Origin: a virus
DNA: 64,000 bases
Virus record (IMG/VR): IMGVR_UViG_3300028588_000820
Strand: one strand, 5' to 3'
The notes under the pieces were generated by a model. The model worked only from the letters and a program-made list of their open reading frames with translations, did no database searches and was not told the origin of the DNA. Position 1 is the first letter of the stretch. Each line of letters starts with the position of its first letter. Shown here in pieces: positions 20,347-29,354 of this stretch. The position numbers were made by a program, and so were the translations under genes.

Positions 20347-21226
20347 ACTAAAGAAAGCGCGCCTTGCAGTTCTTCAGCAACATCCGAACTTCCGGTTCTA
20401 CCACTATGATGTTGCAGTACGCCATCACCTAGATGATGCGTTTCAAGTAGCAAACGGATTTGATGCCGTCTATCACCTAGCAGCAAACGCTGGTGTGACA
20501 CAATCGATGCTCAATCCCGAACCGTACACCACCAACAACCTAGTCGGCTTCGCAAACCTTCTGGAAACGTGTGCGATCTGGGAAACACCACATCTGATCT
20601 TCGCCAGCTCCTCCAGTGTCTACGGCACAGCCGAATGGGCAAGCTCGGAAGACGACAATACTGACAGCCCCAAGAGTTACTACGCAGCGACCAAGAAGGC
20701 TAACGAGATCATGGCCGCATCGTATACCAGTATGCACAACATGCGTATCACTGGCGTCAGGTTCTTCACCGTCTTCGGTCCATGGGGTCGTCCCGACATG
20801 GCTACTTGGAAGTTCACGAAATCGATCCTCGAGCATAAGCCTATCACCGTCTATGATGGTGGTCTACTCTCTAGAGATTTTACGTACATCGATGATGCGG
20901 TGGGCTGCTTGATCAAGTTGTCCGACTGTCCGTCAATTCGTCCACACCTCAGCAACCTCAGTAGATTCCAAATCTATAACATCGGGTCTGGTCGACCAAT
21001 CACAGTGAATGGATTCCTCAGTATTCTTGAGGAAGTAACCGGAGAGGTAGCTTTGCGAGTTTCCAAGCCGGTGTCGCCTACTGAGGCGTTGAGAACGCAC
21101 TGTGACATGACGAAGTTCCGTCGACATTACTCGTCGGAAATTAAGCAGACGAATTTGCGGACGGGCTTGCAGAATTTCGTGGATTGGTACCGCAACAAAG
21201 ATATGTACAAGCTCGATACCGCATGA
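20231..21226 (+). CDS. NAD-dependent epimerase (UDP-glucuronate 4-epimerase-like)
   Basis: TGAAGFIG, SSSSVYG, YAATKK, GPWGRPDMA, RDFTYIDD. Confidence 0.9.
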   Translation: MKILVTGAAGFIGMNLCNSLLALGHHVHGLDNLSADYLELKKARLAVLQQHPNFRFYHYDVAVRHHLDDAFQVANGFDAVYHLAANAGVTQSMLNPEPYTTNNLVGFANLLETCAIWETPHLIFASSSSVYGTAEWASSEDDNTDSPKSYYAATKKANEIMAASYTSMHNMRITGVRFFTVFGPWGRPDMATWKFTKSILEHKPITVYDGGLLSRDFTYIDDAVGCLIKLSDCPSIRPHLSNLSRFQIYNIGSGRPITVNGFLSILEEVTGEVALRVSKPVSPTEALRTHCDMTKFRRHYSSEIKQTNLRTGLQNFVDWYRNKDMYKLDTA

Positions 21227-21278
21227 TATGATGCTTCTACGGTATGACTGAAACGTATCTTTACTAAAGGAAACATTC

Positions 21279-21911
21279 ATGAACAACGATAAATGGGGAC
21301 CTGGCGATTACCTTACTGTAGCCGGCATCGGTAACCTGTTGTACATGGTGTTTCGAGACTTAGGTAGTGTTACTGCATCTGGTGTCTTCCTGTTTAGGTA
21401 CATCACGTTGGCATTCATCGCCGCGTGGATTACCATTCTGGGATACTTAATTATTGAAGTCACCCCGTGGTGGGTGTACGCCATTATTACAGTTGCAGCA
21501 GGTACACTTATGTTTCTGGTTGGATATAATGGACACATCGCTAAGAAGAAAAATATTGAATCACAGAGACAGCAACAGCAAGCACACGAGGAAAACCTTT
21601 TCTTCGTGGAAACTTACCTCGCCAATCTTGACTTTCATTATTTTGATTTCGAAAAGAAACAGTATGTTGAGTGGTTAATTTCACGAGGCTTCCTGAATCA
21701 TTTCAAAGATTGGAGCGATACCGATCGGCTTCAGACGATGGGTGAAGTTACAGGTAAGTTTTACGTTTGTGTTCTGGCTTCCATGTCGCCAGAACAGAAG
21801 GTAGCAAAACGTGAAGCAGCCTGGAATGGAGAACGTAGGAAACAGCGTGAGAAGCAACTGAAGATTAACGCTGAACAAAAAATTGCTCGCCGTAATGGGA
21901 GAGCCACATAA
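21279..21911 (+). CDS. Membrane protein
   Basis: N-terminal TM segments. Confidence 0.65.
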   Translation: MNNDKWGPGDYLTVAGIGNLLYMVFRDLGSVTASGVFLFRYITLAFIAAWITILGYLIIEVTPWWVYAIITVAAGTLMFLVGYNGHIAKKKNIESQRQQQQAHEENLFFVETYLANLDFHYFDFEKKQYVEWLISRGFLNHFKDWSDTDRLQTMGEVTGKFYVCVLASMSPEQKVAKREAAWNGERRKQREKQLKINAEQKIARRNGRAT

Positions 21912-21948
21912 TATTCTTTCCAAAGCTGTAGAATTAAAGGAGTAGTAC

Positions 21949-22413
21949 ATGGAATTAGGTTGCGTCGCCTCGGGTCTCATCCACACTTTCCGTTTTTTCC
22001 GTGGAAGTGCGGTTGTCTCTAATAAACTCGGACACGTTAGCGTGGAGCGTCACACCAAAGGTGGTATCTGTTTCTTCTTCCAGATCGATTACAACAAGAA
22101 GGAACTGCTGTTCACCGCGTCAATCACTCGTGATGACGAACGCTTCAACAGGAAAGAAGGTCGTCGCATCTGCTTCGACCGCGCACAGAACGATGCAGCA
22201 CGTACCTTCAGGATGCCGTATACCGAAGGTTACGAACTGCTCGACCAGGTCTTCACCAACCTGACCCGCGCGGAAGAAACCGGTGAGCTGCAGGAGAAAC
22301 CATTCCTGCGTACGCTCCTCGCCAAGATGCGCGTCTATGAACAACAGAACGGCGAGTCGGCCGCTTTGTATCAAGACCTTCTCGATACCGGTGTCATCGT
22401 CATCGTCGAGTAA
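21949..22413 (+). CDS. Hypothetical protein
   Basis: AAGGAG SD; D.FNRK.GR motif. Confidence 0.6.
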   Translation: MELGCVASGLIHTFRFFRGSAVVSNKLGHVSVERHTKGGICFFFQIDYNKKELLFTASITRDDERFNRKEGRRICFDRAQNDAARTFRMPYTEGYELLDQVFTNLTRAEETGELQEKPFLRTLLAKMRVYEQQNGESAALYQDLLDTGVIVIVE

Positions 22414-22532
22414 TACAGCTTAAGCAGTAAAAAGGACGCCATCAGGTCGATGGCTCCTTCAACATCCCCGTAGTACCCAAAGACGCCGTCCAGGCGTCTT
22501 TCACCATCTCCCCCTCTGCAACAAAAATAATA

Positions 22533-23015
22533 ATGATTATCGAAAATTCGGGCAACGTCCTGGACGTGCCTCATGGCGTCATTGTGCATGGCTGCAATAG
22601 TCATGGCATCATGCGTTCTGGAATCGCTAAGGAAGTCGTCAGGCGCTTCCCAGGAGCGTTTCAGGTTTATGCAGATGAATACAACCGTTGCCTAGCACAA
22701 GGTCTCCCTGGCCTTATCCTAGGGACTTTCACTGTTCATTGGGTAACTCCAACCAAAGCCATTGTCAACGCGATTACCCAGAAGGACTATGGGCGCGACC
22801 CAAATCGCATCTATGTCGACTACGAAGCTCTCGGCAAAGCGTTCCTTGAACTGTCCACCACCAACAAGAACCTACGGACTGTAGGCCTCATGTACGGCAT
22901 CCACTTCCCAAAAATCGGCTGCGGTCTAGCTAACGGTGACTGGGACATCGTCAAGCCACTGATCGACGAAGTCGTATCAGATGATTTCAAGAAACACTAC
23001 TGGGAGTTCCAATGA
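22533..23015 (+). CDS. Macrodomain (ADP-ribose hydrolase-like) protein
   Basis: HGCN..G.M.SGIA, FPKIGCGLANGDW. Confidence 0.88.
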   Translation: MIIENSGNVLDVPHGVIVHGCNSHGIMRSGIAKEVVRRFPGAFQVYADEYNRCLAQGLPGLILGTFTVHWVTPTKAIVNAITQKDYGRDPNRIYVDYEALGKAFLELSTTNKNLRTVGLMYGIHFPKIGCGLANGDWDIVKPLIDEVVSDDFKKHYWEFQ

Positions 23016-23503
23016 AGCTAAATGATTTTTCATTCAGCGGCTTCTCGTCATTTTCTCGAGTGTTCATAGTTCGTGACTTGGCTGAAGCCAAGAAAGTCGA
23101 TCGATTTCTCGGCAATGACAACTACTTCCTACGCGCCTTTGAAACCTATGGCGCTGGCAAGTACTACGTTAGAGTGAACGAGGGGTGGGATCGCGCCGGC
23201 GACTACAGCATTAAGGATGTCACATTCATCCCGGAAGATGTCATGACCTGGGAGGAGACGGTAAAGCAAATCAAGTCATTGAAGAAGACTGTCGACAATC
23301 TGAACGAACCGTTCATTGTGGCCGAACGCCTTCAGCGCGACGCACGAGCCAAAGGCCTTTCATATAATGAAGCGGTCGAGGCGTTGCTGACTCCGAAAGA
23401 GCAGAAGGCGTATGCCCGTATGGATTGCAACGCGCATGAGGAAGCAAGAAACGTATTAGAAAACTTCATGAACGGATTTGGCTTCGAACGCGATGAAGAA
23501 TAA
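23012..23503 (+). CDS. Hypothetical protein
   Basis: Coupled ORF. Confidence 0.6.
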   Translation: MKLNDFSFSGFSSFSRVFIVRDLAEAKKVDRFLGNDNYFLRAFETYGAGKYYVRVNEGWDRAGDYSIKDVTFIPEDVMTWEETVKQIKSLKKTVDNLNEPFIVAERLQRDARAKGLSYNEAVEALLTPKEQKAYARMDCNAHEEARNVLENFMNGFGFERDEE

Positions 23504-23508
23504 AGTCC

Positions 23509-23516
23509 TATAAATA
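23509..23516 (+). promoter_or_regulatory. T4-like late promoter
   Basis: TATAAATA. Confidence 0.6.
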
Positions 23517-23572
23517 AAATCACATGTCGTGTGCCATCAAGCCACGTTATAGGACAAATTCAAAAACATATC

Positions 23573-24067
23573 ATGAATAAGAACGCCAGCTTCAGTCAAG
23601 CTCCAGCTTACCTAACCAAGGTTAAAAAAGACGTATCCAAAGGAGCTTCGAAATCGCAGCGAGCCGAACCGGTTCAAGAGAAGCGACACGAGAAGATTAA
23701 CTTCAAGCAATATCTCCGTGACCTACAAGAAAGTCAATCATCGATCAACGATGAATTCTTTGACATCCATCCACTCAGCCTTAATTCTGCTGTCAAACAC
23801 GACGTCCGTGACCAAGATGATTCCCTAATCGAACACCTTCGCGTTATCAACTTCGGTGGCGCGGAAGAGAATCAACTCGCGATCAAAGAAGAAGATTGGG
23901 CACAAATTGCTGATCTTCATCTAGACGAATCACTAACCGTATATTCGGATCATGACATCCGTTGGTATGTGACACGTTCGCCTTCAAATCATCTCGTGTT
24001 TGAATGCCACGAACTCAATGAAGCCGGCAAATTTGAATTCGCTACGGTCGTCAAACGACTAGCATAA
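23573..24067 (+). CDS. Hypothetical late protein
   Basis: Follows TATAAATA; internal FKQYL...E motif. Confidence 0.65.
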   Translation: MNKNASFSQAPAYLTKVKKDVSKGASKSQRAEPVQEKRHEKINFKQYLRDLQESQSSINDEFFDIHPLSLNSAVKHDVRDQDDSLIEHLRVINFGGAEENQLAIKEEDWAQIADLHLDESLTVYSDHDIRWYVTRSPSNHLVFECHELNEAGKFEFATVVKRLA

Positions 24068-24175
24068 CTTCAAGTTGCGTTTTCGTCAGAAATCCTCGTT
24101 GCAAAAGTATAATAGCTTCATCAGTTCGACATGCAGTTCGAACCAAACAAAAATAATATTTTTAGAGGATTTTTC

Positions 24176-24763
24176 ATGGAACTAGTTCTACGTTCAGCAC
24201 GTCGTCTTGAGCGCGAAATCGAAGCCGAGATTCAGCTGCAAACCAACGCCATCAATACTCGTGGCGTTGCAGTTTCGATCTACGGTGACTTCGATGCCAC
24301 CATCGCCCAGCTCCAAGAGCAAGGCGAAGCTCGTATGGCCAAGCTGTCGAATCTGATCGAGATTCGTGCATCGATCCGCAAAGCGATCGAAACCAAGAAC
24401 GAGACTTCCGGTCTCAACGTCAAGATCAATCGCGAAGCGATGCTCAAGGCGAAAGCCAAAGTGTTGACCCAACTGGTTGGCGCTGAGCTGACTGACGGCG
24501 AACGCCTGATCGCCTCCAAGCGTTTCGAAGCGCTGAAGAATTCCGGCGGTACGGTGTCGGACTACGGTTCGCACAATGACACGGTCCAAGTGCCGCATGT
24601 CATGAGCGCAGCTTCGGTTGCTGGCTACAATGCTCAAGCCAAAGAGATTCAGCGTGAGCTGCTGAAACTGGTCGACGAAATGACCGCGATCAACACTTCG
24701 GTGACGATCACGGTAAGCGATGATGATGTCGCTTACCTCGAAGCAAATAGCTTCGTGCTGTAA
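24176..24763 (+). CDS. Long helical coiled-coil protein (DIP1984-like architecture)
   Basis: GAGGA SD; IRKAI...N and L.DE...IN...TI patterns. Confidence 0.65.
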   Translation: MELVLRSARRLEREIEAEIQLQTNAINTRGVAVSIYGDFDATIAQLQEQGEARMAKLSNLIEIRASIRKAIETKNETSGLNVKINREAMLKAKAKVLTQLVGAELTDGERLIASKRFEALKNSGGTVSDYGSHNDTVQVPHVMSAASVAGYNAQAKEIQRELLKLVDEMTAINTSVTITVSDDDVAYLEANSFVL

Positions 24764-24770
24764 AAGTTGT

Positions 24771-25005
24771 GAGAGGACCATCCAGATATTGATTTGATTG
24801 TGCGCTTTTTAGGCAGTCATTATTCAAAAATATTGGATGAAGTTCTTGTTAGCGGTCTCAAACATATCGGTTCTTGTTCTCTACCAAAGAGTGTTTTCCT
24901 GTCCCCGCTTTCTGAACTTTCTGTTTGCATGTTATTTTGTTGGGCTCTCGCCATGTTCCCAATGATTTTGCCTGCACCTTCTATTGATTGAAGGTTGGTT
25001 CTCTC
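24771..25005 (+). ncRNA. Candidate U-rich structured RNA
   Basis: GAGAGGACCA/TGGTTCTCTC closing helix with nested stems. Confidence 0.5.
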
Positions 25006-25015
25006 CTTTACGTTT

Positions 25016-25140
25016 CATCATCAAAGCTCTTTCAGCGAACTAGTCATTCGTTGTGGGTGGATCAAGTTAGACTGACTTGGGACCCTATACACGACTCGCC
25101 AGCATAGCTGGAGTGAGACAGTGAGAGAGCCTTGATGATG
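25016..25140 (+). ncRNA. Candidate multibranch RNA
   Basis: CATCATCAAAGCTCTTTCA/TGAGAGAGCCTTGATGATG closing stem. Confidence 0.45.
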
Positions 25141-25149
25141 TAACGCCCC

Positions 25150-25157
25150 TATAAATA
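25150..25157 (+). promoter_or_regulatory. T4-like late promoter
   Basis: TATAAATA. Confidence 0.65.
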
Positions 25158-25192
25158 ATCTCACAAACAACCGAGATTATAGGATAGAGGAA

Positions 25193-25684
25193 ATGCTAGT
25201 TGTCCCACTCAAAGGTGATACGATCACCACCAAAGATGGTCCTGAGTTTTCTGTAGATTCCTACACGAACTACAAGACCGACCCTGCTGTTTACGTCGAC
25301 GTCCCACCTGGGCAAAACTCGATTGTATACTTCCAAGACATTGACCAAATCAATGGCGTAAAAGTCGAATACAACAAGAGCTCCAAGGTGTTCACTGCGC
25401 TCGGCACAATCAAACGCAAATACAATCTTCCTCAGCCGAAAGACATTATTACCGTAGAGCTTCCTGGTAGCCCAGACGATGCTGGCGATAATGACACGGC
25501 TGTGAAAACGCCTAAGCTCCATAGTCGCGCTATCGGGCTATCAAGGGGGTTGGTCTTGATTGATGTCGACGATAACGTATTCAACTTGTCCGATGTCATT
25601 GACATCGACCGTGAAGTAGGCGGAGAACACTTCGACCGCAAGAAATTCGCAAAGTACTACAAAGATTATATGGGACGAGCATGA
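25193..25684 (+). CDS. Hypothetical late protein
   Basis: GAGG SD, late promoter. Confidence 0.7.
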   Translation: MLVVPLKGDTITTKDGPEFSVDSYTNYKTDPAVYVDVPPGQNSIVYFQDIDQINGVKVEYNKSSKVFTALGTIKRKYNLPQPKDIITVELPGSPDDAGDNDTAVKTPKLHSRAIGLSRGLVLIDVDDNVFNLSDVIDIDREVGGEHFDRKKFAKYYKDYMGRA

Positions 25685-25908
25685 TGACCCGTGATGAATG
25701 CGTAGCTATTTTCAAAAAGTATGGATTCACTGAAGATCAAATCGTGAATCTCGTAGTGCAAATCCTTGGCGCAAAGACCGGTTCGATGATCGAACTAAAA
25801 GGAACTCCGATGACCTGCTATCTAACCACTGCGTTGGACATCGTTTACAAAGGCGGCAAGCGATACAACAAACTAGAAGAGGCCATCAAGACTTTTGTCG
25901 CGATGTAA
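25681..25908 (+). CDS. Hypothetical protein
   Basis: Coupled ORF. Confidence 0.6.
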   Translation: MMTRDECVAIFKKYGFTEDQIVNLVVQILGAKTGSMIELKGTPMTCYLTTALDIVYKGGKRYNKLEEAIKTFVAM

Positions 25909-25914
25909 AAGAAA

Positions 25915-26454
25915 ATGAGACTAGAAGAACTACTGATGGTCGCTGAAGATGTCAGCCAACTGCAAGCCGCACGTAAACAAGCCAACTTCAAAGCCGAACA
26001 AGATGCCGCATACGCACGTTCCAAATGGCACAAAGCTCAAGCACAGAAATACAAAGGCAAGGATGATCCAGAAAGCCAAGCAGCTTTCAAAGCTCATGAC
26101 GAAGCAGAGACCGATTGGTTGATGATTAGTCAAGAATACTTGCACAAGAATCCGACAGTTGCGATGAGAGAAGAACAACGAGCTCATATCAAGATCGAGA
26201 AGTCGAAGTTGGCTTTGAAGGATGTTGAGGCGTACAAGAAAGGCTTATCCGAAGGCATGTCCGGTGAACGAGCAGAGTTTGCTGACTACGAAGATTGGAA
26301 GAATGCTTTGCCACAAAAGCATAAACTTTTCAAGAATGGTCAGAATGAAAAGGCTCGCACCACTGGCGAAGCAATTGACGGAGTGATTGGCGAGTTCGAC
26401 CACAACAAGAAGTTTGGTTGGATTTATGCAGCTCACACAAAAATGAATAAATAA
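25915..26454 (+). CDS. Putative head internal protein
   Basis: Late operon; MRLEELLMVAE N-terminus. Confidence 0.55.
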   Translation: MRLEELLMVAEDVSQLQAARKQANFKAEQDAAYARSKWHKAQAQKYKGKDDPESQAAFKAHDEAETDWLMISQEYLHKNPTVAMREEQRAHIKIEKSKLALKDVEAYKKGLSEGMSGERAEFADYEDWKNALPQKHKLFKNGQNEKARTTGEAIDGVIGEFDHNKKFGWIYAAHTKMNK

Positions 26455-26491
26455 CCTACACATTCCCTTAGGTCTGTGTATAATGCTTCTC

Positions 26492-26802
26492 ATCGATTGG
26501 CACCGTGTGATTGACAGAAGGGATTCAGATGTCACGCTAAGTTAATCGATAGTTGAGGAACGACAACCTTAGAGCTCAATGCACAAGCTGGCTTGAGATT
26601 GGATTGTCTGATCGGAGATTTGATGGTAGCCAGCCAACGCCGGAGCCTGATTGGTTAATTCCATAATGCTGATCTAACTTAATATGGCCAATCCACCTCG
26701 TGGTCGTGCACGCATAAAGGCCAACTCGAACAACCTACGCGCATAGGACTCGGTATACGAACAGTTTGTTCTGGTTAAACTTCGTATTCACCATGAACCA
26801 GA
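26492..26802 (+). ncRNA. Candidate structured RNA upstream of tmRNA
   Basis: Follows TGTGTATAAT; series of stems; no ORF. Confidence 0.45.
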
Positions 26803-26808
26803 TTTATT

Positions 26809-27143
26809 GTTGTATGAAGTTGATAAAAAGGTGTTCAAGCACGCGGGTTCGATTCCCGCCAGGTCCACCATAAGGAATAGTCGAACGTTGTGGCCACAAC
26901 GCGTTATGGAGTAATCCATTCCCCTCTTTGCATGGGCATTGAGATTTCGAGATTCCTTATGATGGGCCTGAACATGGTCTCGATTGGGCGCATGAGTATT
27001 GATACGGACAACACGTCACAGTGGACGTAAAACCTAAACTGTAATACCTGCAAACGATAATTCGTTCCGCGTGGCTGCCTGATCCTAACGGATCAAGCGT
27101 AAGCCGGAGTTTTGGAGGTTGAACTTAGCAACAGGATCAACCC
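26809..27143 (+). ncRNA. ssrA: Circularly permuted (two-piece) tmRNA
   Basis: Acceptor piece with T-arm GCGGG-TTCGATT-CCCGC and CAGGTCCACCA ending 26870; coding piece starts GGGCCTG at 26964 (G3:U70); pk1 27013-27042; tag ANDNSFRVAA* 27050-27082; outer ends approximate. Confidence 0.92.
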
Positions 27144-27147
27144 AATG

Positions 27148-27175
27148 AAAGAGGAGACTTCGGTCTCCTCTTTCT
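27148..27175 (+). terminator. Intrinsic terminator after tmRNA
   Basis: GAGGAGAC-TTCG-GTCTCCTC-TTT. Confidence 0.85.
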
Positions 27176-27220
27176 GTTTCTGCTTCATGAACGCATAAAT
27201 AAAAGAAAAAAGTTCATAGC

Positions 27221-27793
27221 ATGAAACTATCATTCAAACAATATATTGAAGAGCGTAAAGATCATCACGACACTGAACAGTTCAAGACATGGTTCGGTCT
27301 CAGCAAAGCTGTCGACAAAGATGGCAACCCTCAAGTTCTCTACCATGCTACACCGCATGACTTTGAAGCGTTCAAAGTAGGCGGTGTCGATCCAAAGATC
27401 AGTGGCCATGCAATTTGGTTAACTAACGACAAGCATAAGCAGCCAGCAGGACACAACACCAACAGCATCAAGAACAAATATCGCGAAGGCACCAACGTGA
27501 TGCCGGTATACGCGAAAATTCTACGTCCACTCGTCATCGACGATAAGGACATGCTTGAATGGGCGCAGGCAGTATTTGCGGATGGCTCGAAAGAATTTCC
27601 ACAGTTCATGCCAAAGGCGTGGAAGGATGAAGTAACGAAGGATGGTGAATACGACAGCATCATCTTTGACGGTAAGAAGCTTTGGGGTGACAGCGCACAC
27701 GTTGAAATCATCGTGTTCGATCCTAAGCAAATCAAGTCAGCAATCGGCAACGATGGCCAATACAACCCAGATGACGAGCGTATCACAAAATGA
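27221..27793 (+). CDS. ADP-ribosyltransferase-fold protein (ART-PolyVal-like), probably virion-packaged
   Basis: FKTWFG.S..VD..G.P.V.YH.T, VMPVY, YDSII, EIIVF.P.QIKSA.GN.G; CATAAATA at 27194. Confidence 0.75.
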   Translation: MKLSFKQYIEERKDHHDTEQFKTWFGLSKAVDKDGNPQVLYHATPHDFEAFKVGGVDPKISGHAIWLTNDKHKQPAGHNTNSIKNKYREGTNVMPVYAKILRPLVIDDKDMLEWAQAVFADGSKEFPQFMPKAWKDEVTKDGEYDSIIFDGKKLWGDSAHVEIIVFDPKQIKSAIGNDGQYNPDDERITK

Positions 27794-28332
27794 AATCATT
27801 CAAGAATTATGTAATTACAGAGGAAGCTAAGGCTAAACACGCACTTCGCTTTCTAGACTACGAACACAAAGAGCACGCGAGCATCGCCAAGAAAGTTCGC
27901 GATGAACTAGAAAAGGCCTGGACCAAGATAGCAGCGAAGTACGAACCAGTTGATGCGGCAGATATTGAGGAAGATTCGAAGTACTTCGATCAGGTTGAGT
28001 TCACTTCAAAGGAAGCAAAGGTCGGACGTTTCGGCGATAAGAGTGCCGTGTATCCATCCGTGAAGATCGGTGGAGCGTACGACAAGAATACGCGTAATGA
28101 GTGCAAGAGGGCACTCATGGGTGAGGCACATAAGATACTGGACAAGTACAAGGATAAATTGAACCAGGACGTTCCTGGTAAGCCCTTCGCCGTTTCTCAA
28201 GAGGACGGACCGTTGGGTGAGATTCGTCTGAAGTTCAAAACGGGCGAATACACCAAAACGATCTTTATGGCAGCAGTGGAACCTGGCTACAAATTTGAGC
28301 GAGTGTACCTAAAGGATTATTTGGAGAAATAA
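27790..28332 (+). CDS. Putative head internal protein
   Basis: MKSFKNYVITEE N-terminus. Confidence 0.6.
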   Translation: MKSFKNYVITEEAKAKHALRFLDYEHKEHASIAKKVRDELEKAWTKIAAKYEPVDAADIEEDSKYFDQVEFTSKEAKVGRFGDKSAVYPSVKIGGAYDKNTRNECKRALMGEAHKILDKYKDKLNQDVPGKPFAVSQEDGPLGEIRLKFKTGEYTKTIFMAAVEPGYKFERVYLKDYLEK

Positions 28333-28488
28333 GCAGGAAAACATCCGTTGATTGTATAATTGACTCACTGCGAAATGTCCTTGTTTCGTAGTGATGACCA
28401 TCGAAAAACTGCTTCATAAATATCATTGAAGCTGATGCTTCGAGGATCAAGCAAAACTCATAACAAAAATAATAAAAGGAAGACCCAG

Positions 28489-29151
28489 ATGACTGCTCCA
28501 CCAAACTCACCACAAGACATCGTTCTTTTGGATAGTGTTTCACTAACCAATCTTGGTGCGTATATGCTTTTCGAAGATATTAACGAAGACTCTGCACTGC
28601 GTCTTTGTGAGTATTTGCTTAAAGCAAATATGATTTGCGATCCACGTGATACGCTAACTCTATTCATCAACTCACCAGGCGGATCAGTTACCGATGGCTG
28701 GGCTATCATCGACGTGATGGAATCATCGCGCGTTGACATCCAAACTGTCGCACTAGGTTGCATCGCATCAATGGGCGTCTTGATCTTCGTTGCTGGTTCT
28801 AAAGGCAAACGTGTCATGGCTCCTAAGACTGCTGTGATGACTCACCAGTTCTCAACTGCGTTCTATGGCAAGCAACATGAATTGATCGCGGCTCGCAAGT
28901 TCCACGATACTCTCGAACAGCAATTCATTGCTCACTTCCTACGTCACACTAAGATGACGGAAAAGCAAATTCGTGAAATCCTTCTACGTCCAAGCGATAC
29001 TTGGCTCACCGCAGAAGAATGCTTGAAACTAGGCATCTGCGATGAAATCCGCAATCCGTTTGACGATGAAGAAGAGCCAGCAACTCCTGCCAAGAAGAAG
29101 ACAGCCAAGAAAAAGAAGGCTGCCCCTGTCTCGGAAGAAGAAGCTGCTTAA
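28489..29151 (+). CDS. clpP: ClpP protease subunit
   Basis: INSPGGSV, ASMG (Ser), MTHQ (His), DTWL.AEE. Confidence 0.9.
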   Translation: MTAPPNSPQDIVLLDSVSLTNLGAYMLFEDINEDSALRLCEYLLKANMICDPRDTLTLFINSPGGSVTDGWAIIDVMESSRVDIQTVALGCIASMGVLIFVAGSKGKRVMAPKTAVMTHQFSTAFYGKQHELIAARKFHDTLEQQFIAHFLRHTKMTEKQIREILLRPSDTWLTAEECLKLGICDEIRNPFDDEEEPATPAKKKTAKKKKAAPVSEEEAA

Positions 29152-29336
29152 CGATCGCCTAGAATGAGGGAGTCGAGTCTTGCGATTCCCTCAAGCATCA
29201 TCTGTGCTTGTTGCTTGTATCCCTTGCGGATCATGAATTCATAGCGATCAAGCATGATGGTTTTCTGCGTGATAAGCTGATCGGGAGTCATTTGATCCCA
29301 CTCATTTGGTTTTACCTCTTTCTTTTCGTTTTCCAT
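29148..29336 (-). CDS. Small hypothetical protein
   Basis: TAAGGAG SD and AATAAATA upstream on minus strand; MENEKKEV start. Confidence 0.65.
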   Translation of the reverse strand: MENEKKEVKPNEWDQMTPDQLITQKTIMLDRYEFMIRKGYKQQAQMMLEGIARLDSLILGDR

Positions 29337-29354
29337 TTTACTTCTCCTTATTTT

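Noticed and set aside
24794-24991. 65-aa ORF in the track
   Set aside because: TTG start, atypical composition, and it lies inside a base-paired element better explained as RNA.
26550-26760. RNase P RNA (GAGGAA... and ...CTCGGTATA resemblance)
   Set aside because: The conserved GAGGAAAGUCC/P4 pairing could not be built.
26843-26870. Stand-alone tRNA-Ala
   Set aside because: No upstream D or anticodon arms; the pairing 5' strand lies downstream, so this is a permuted tmRNA.
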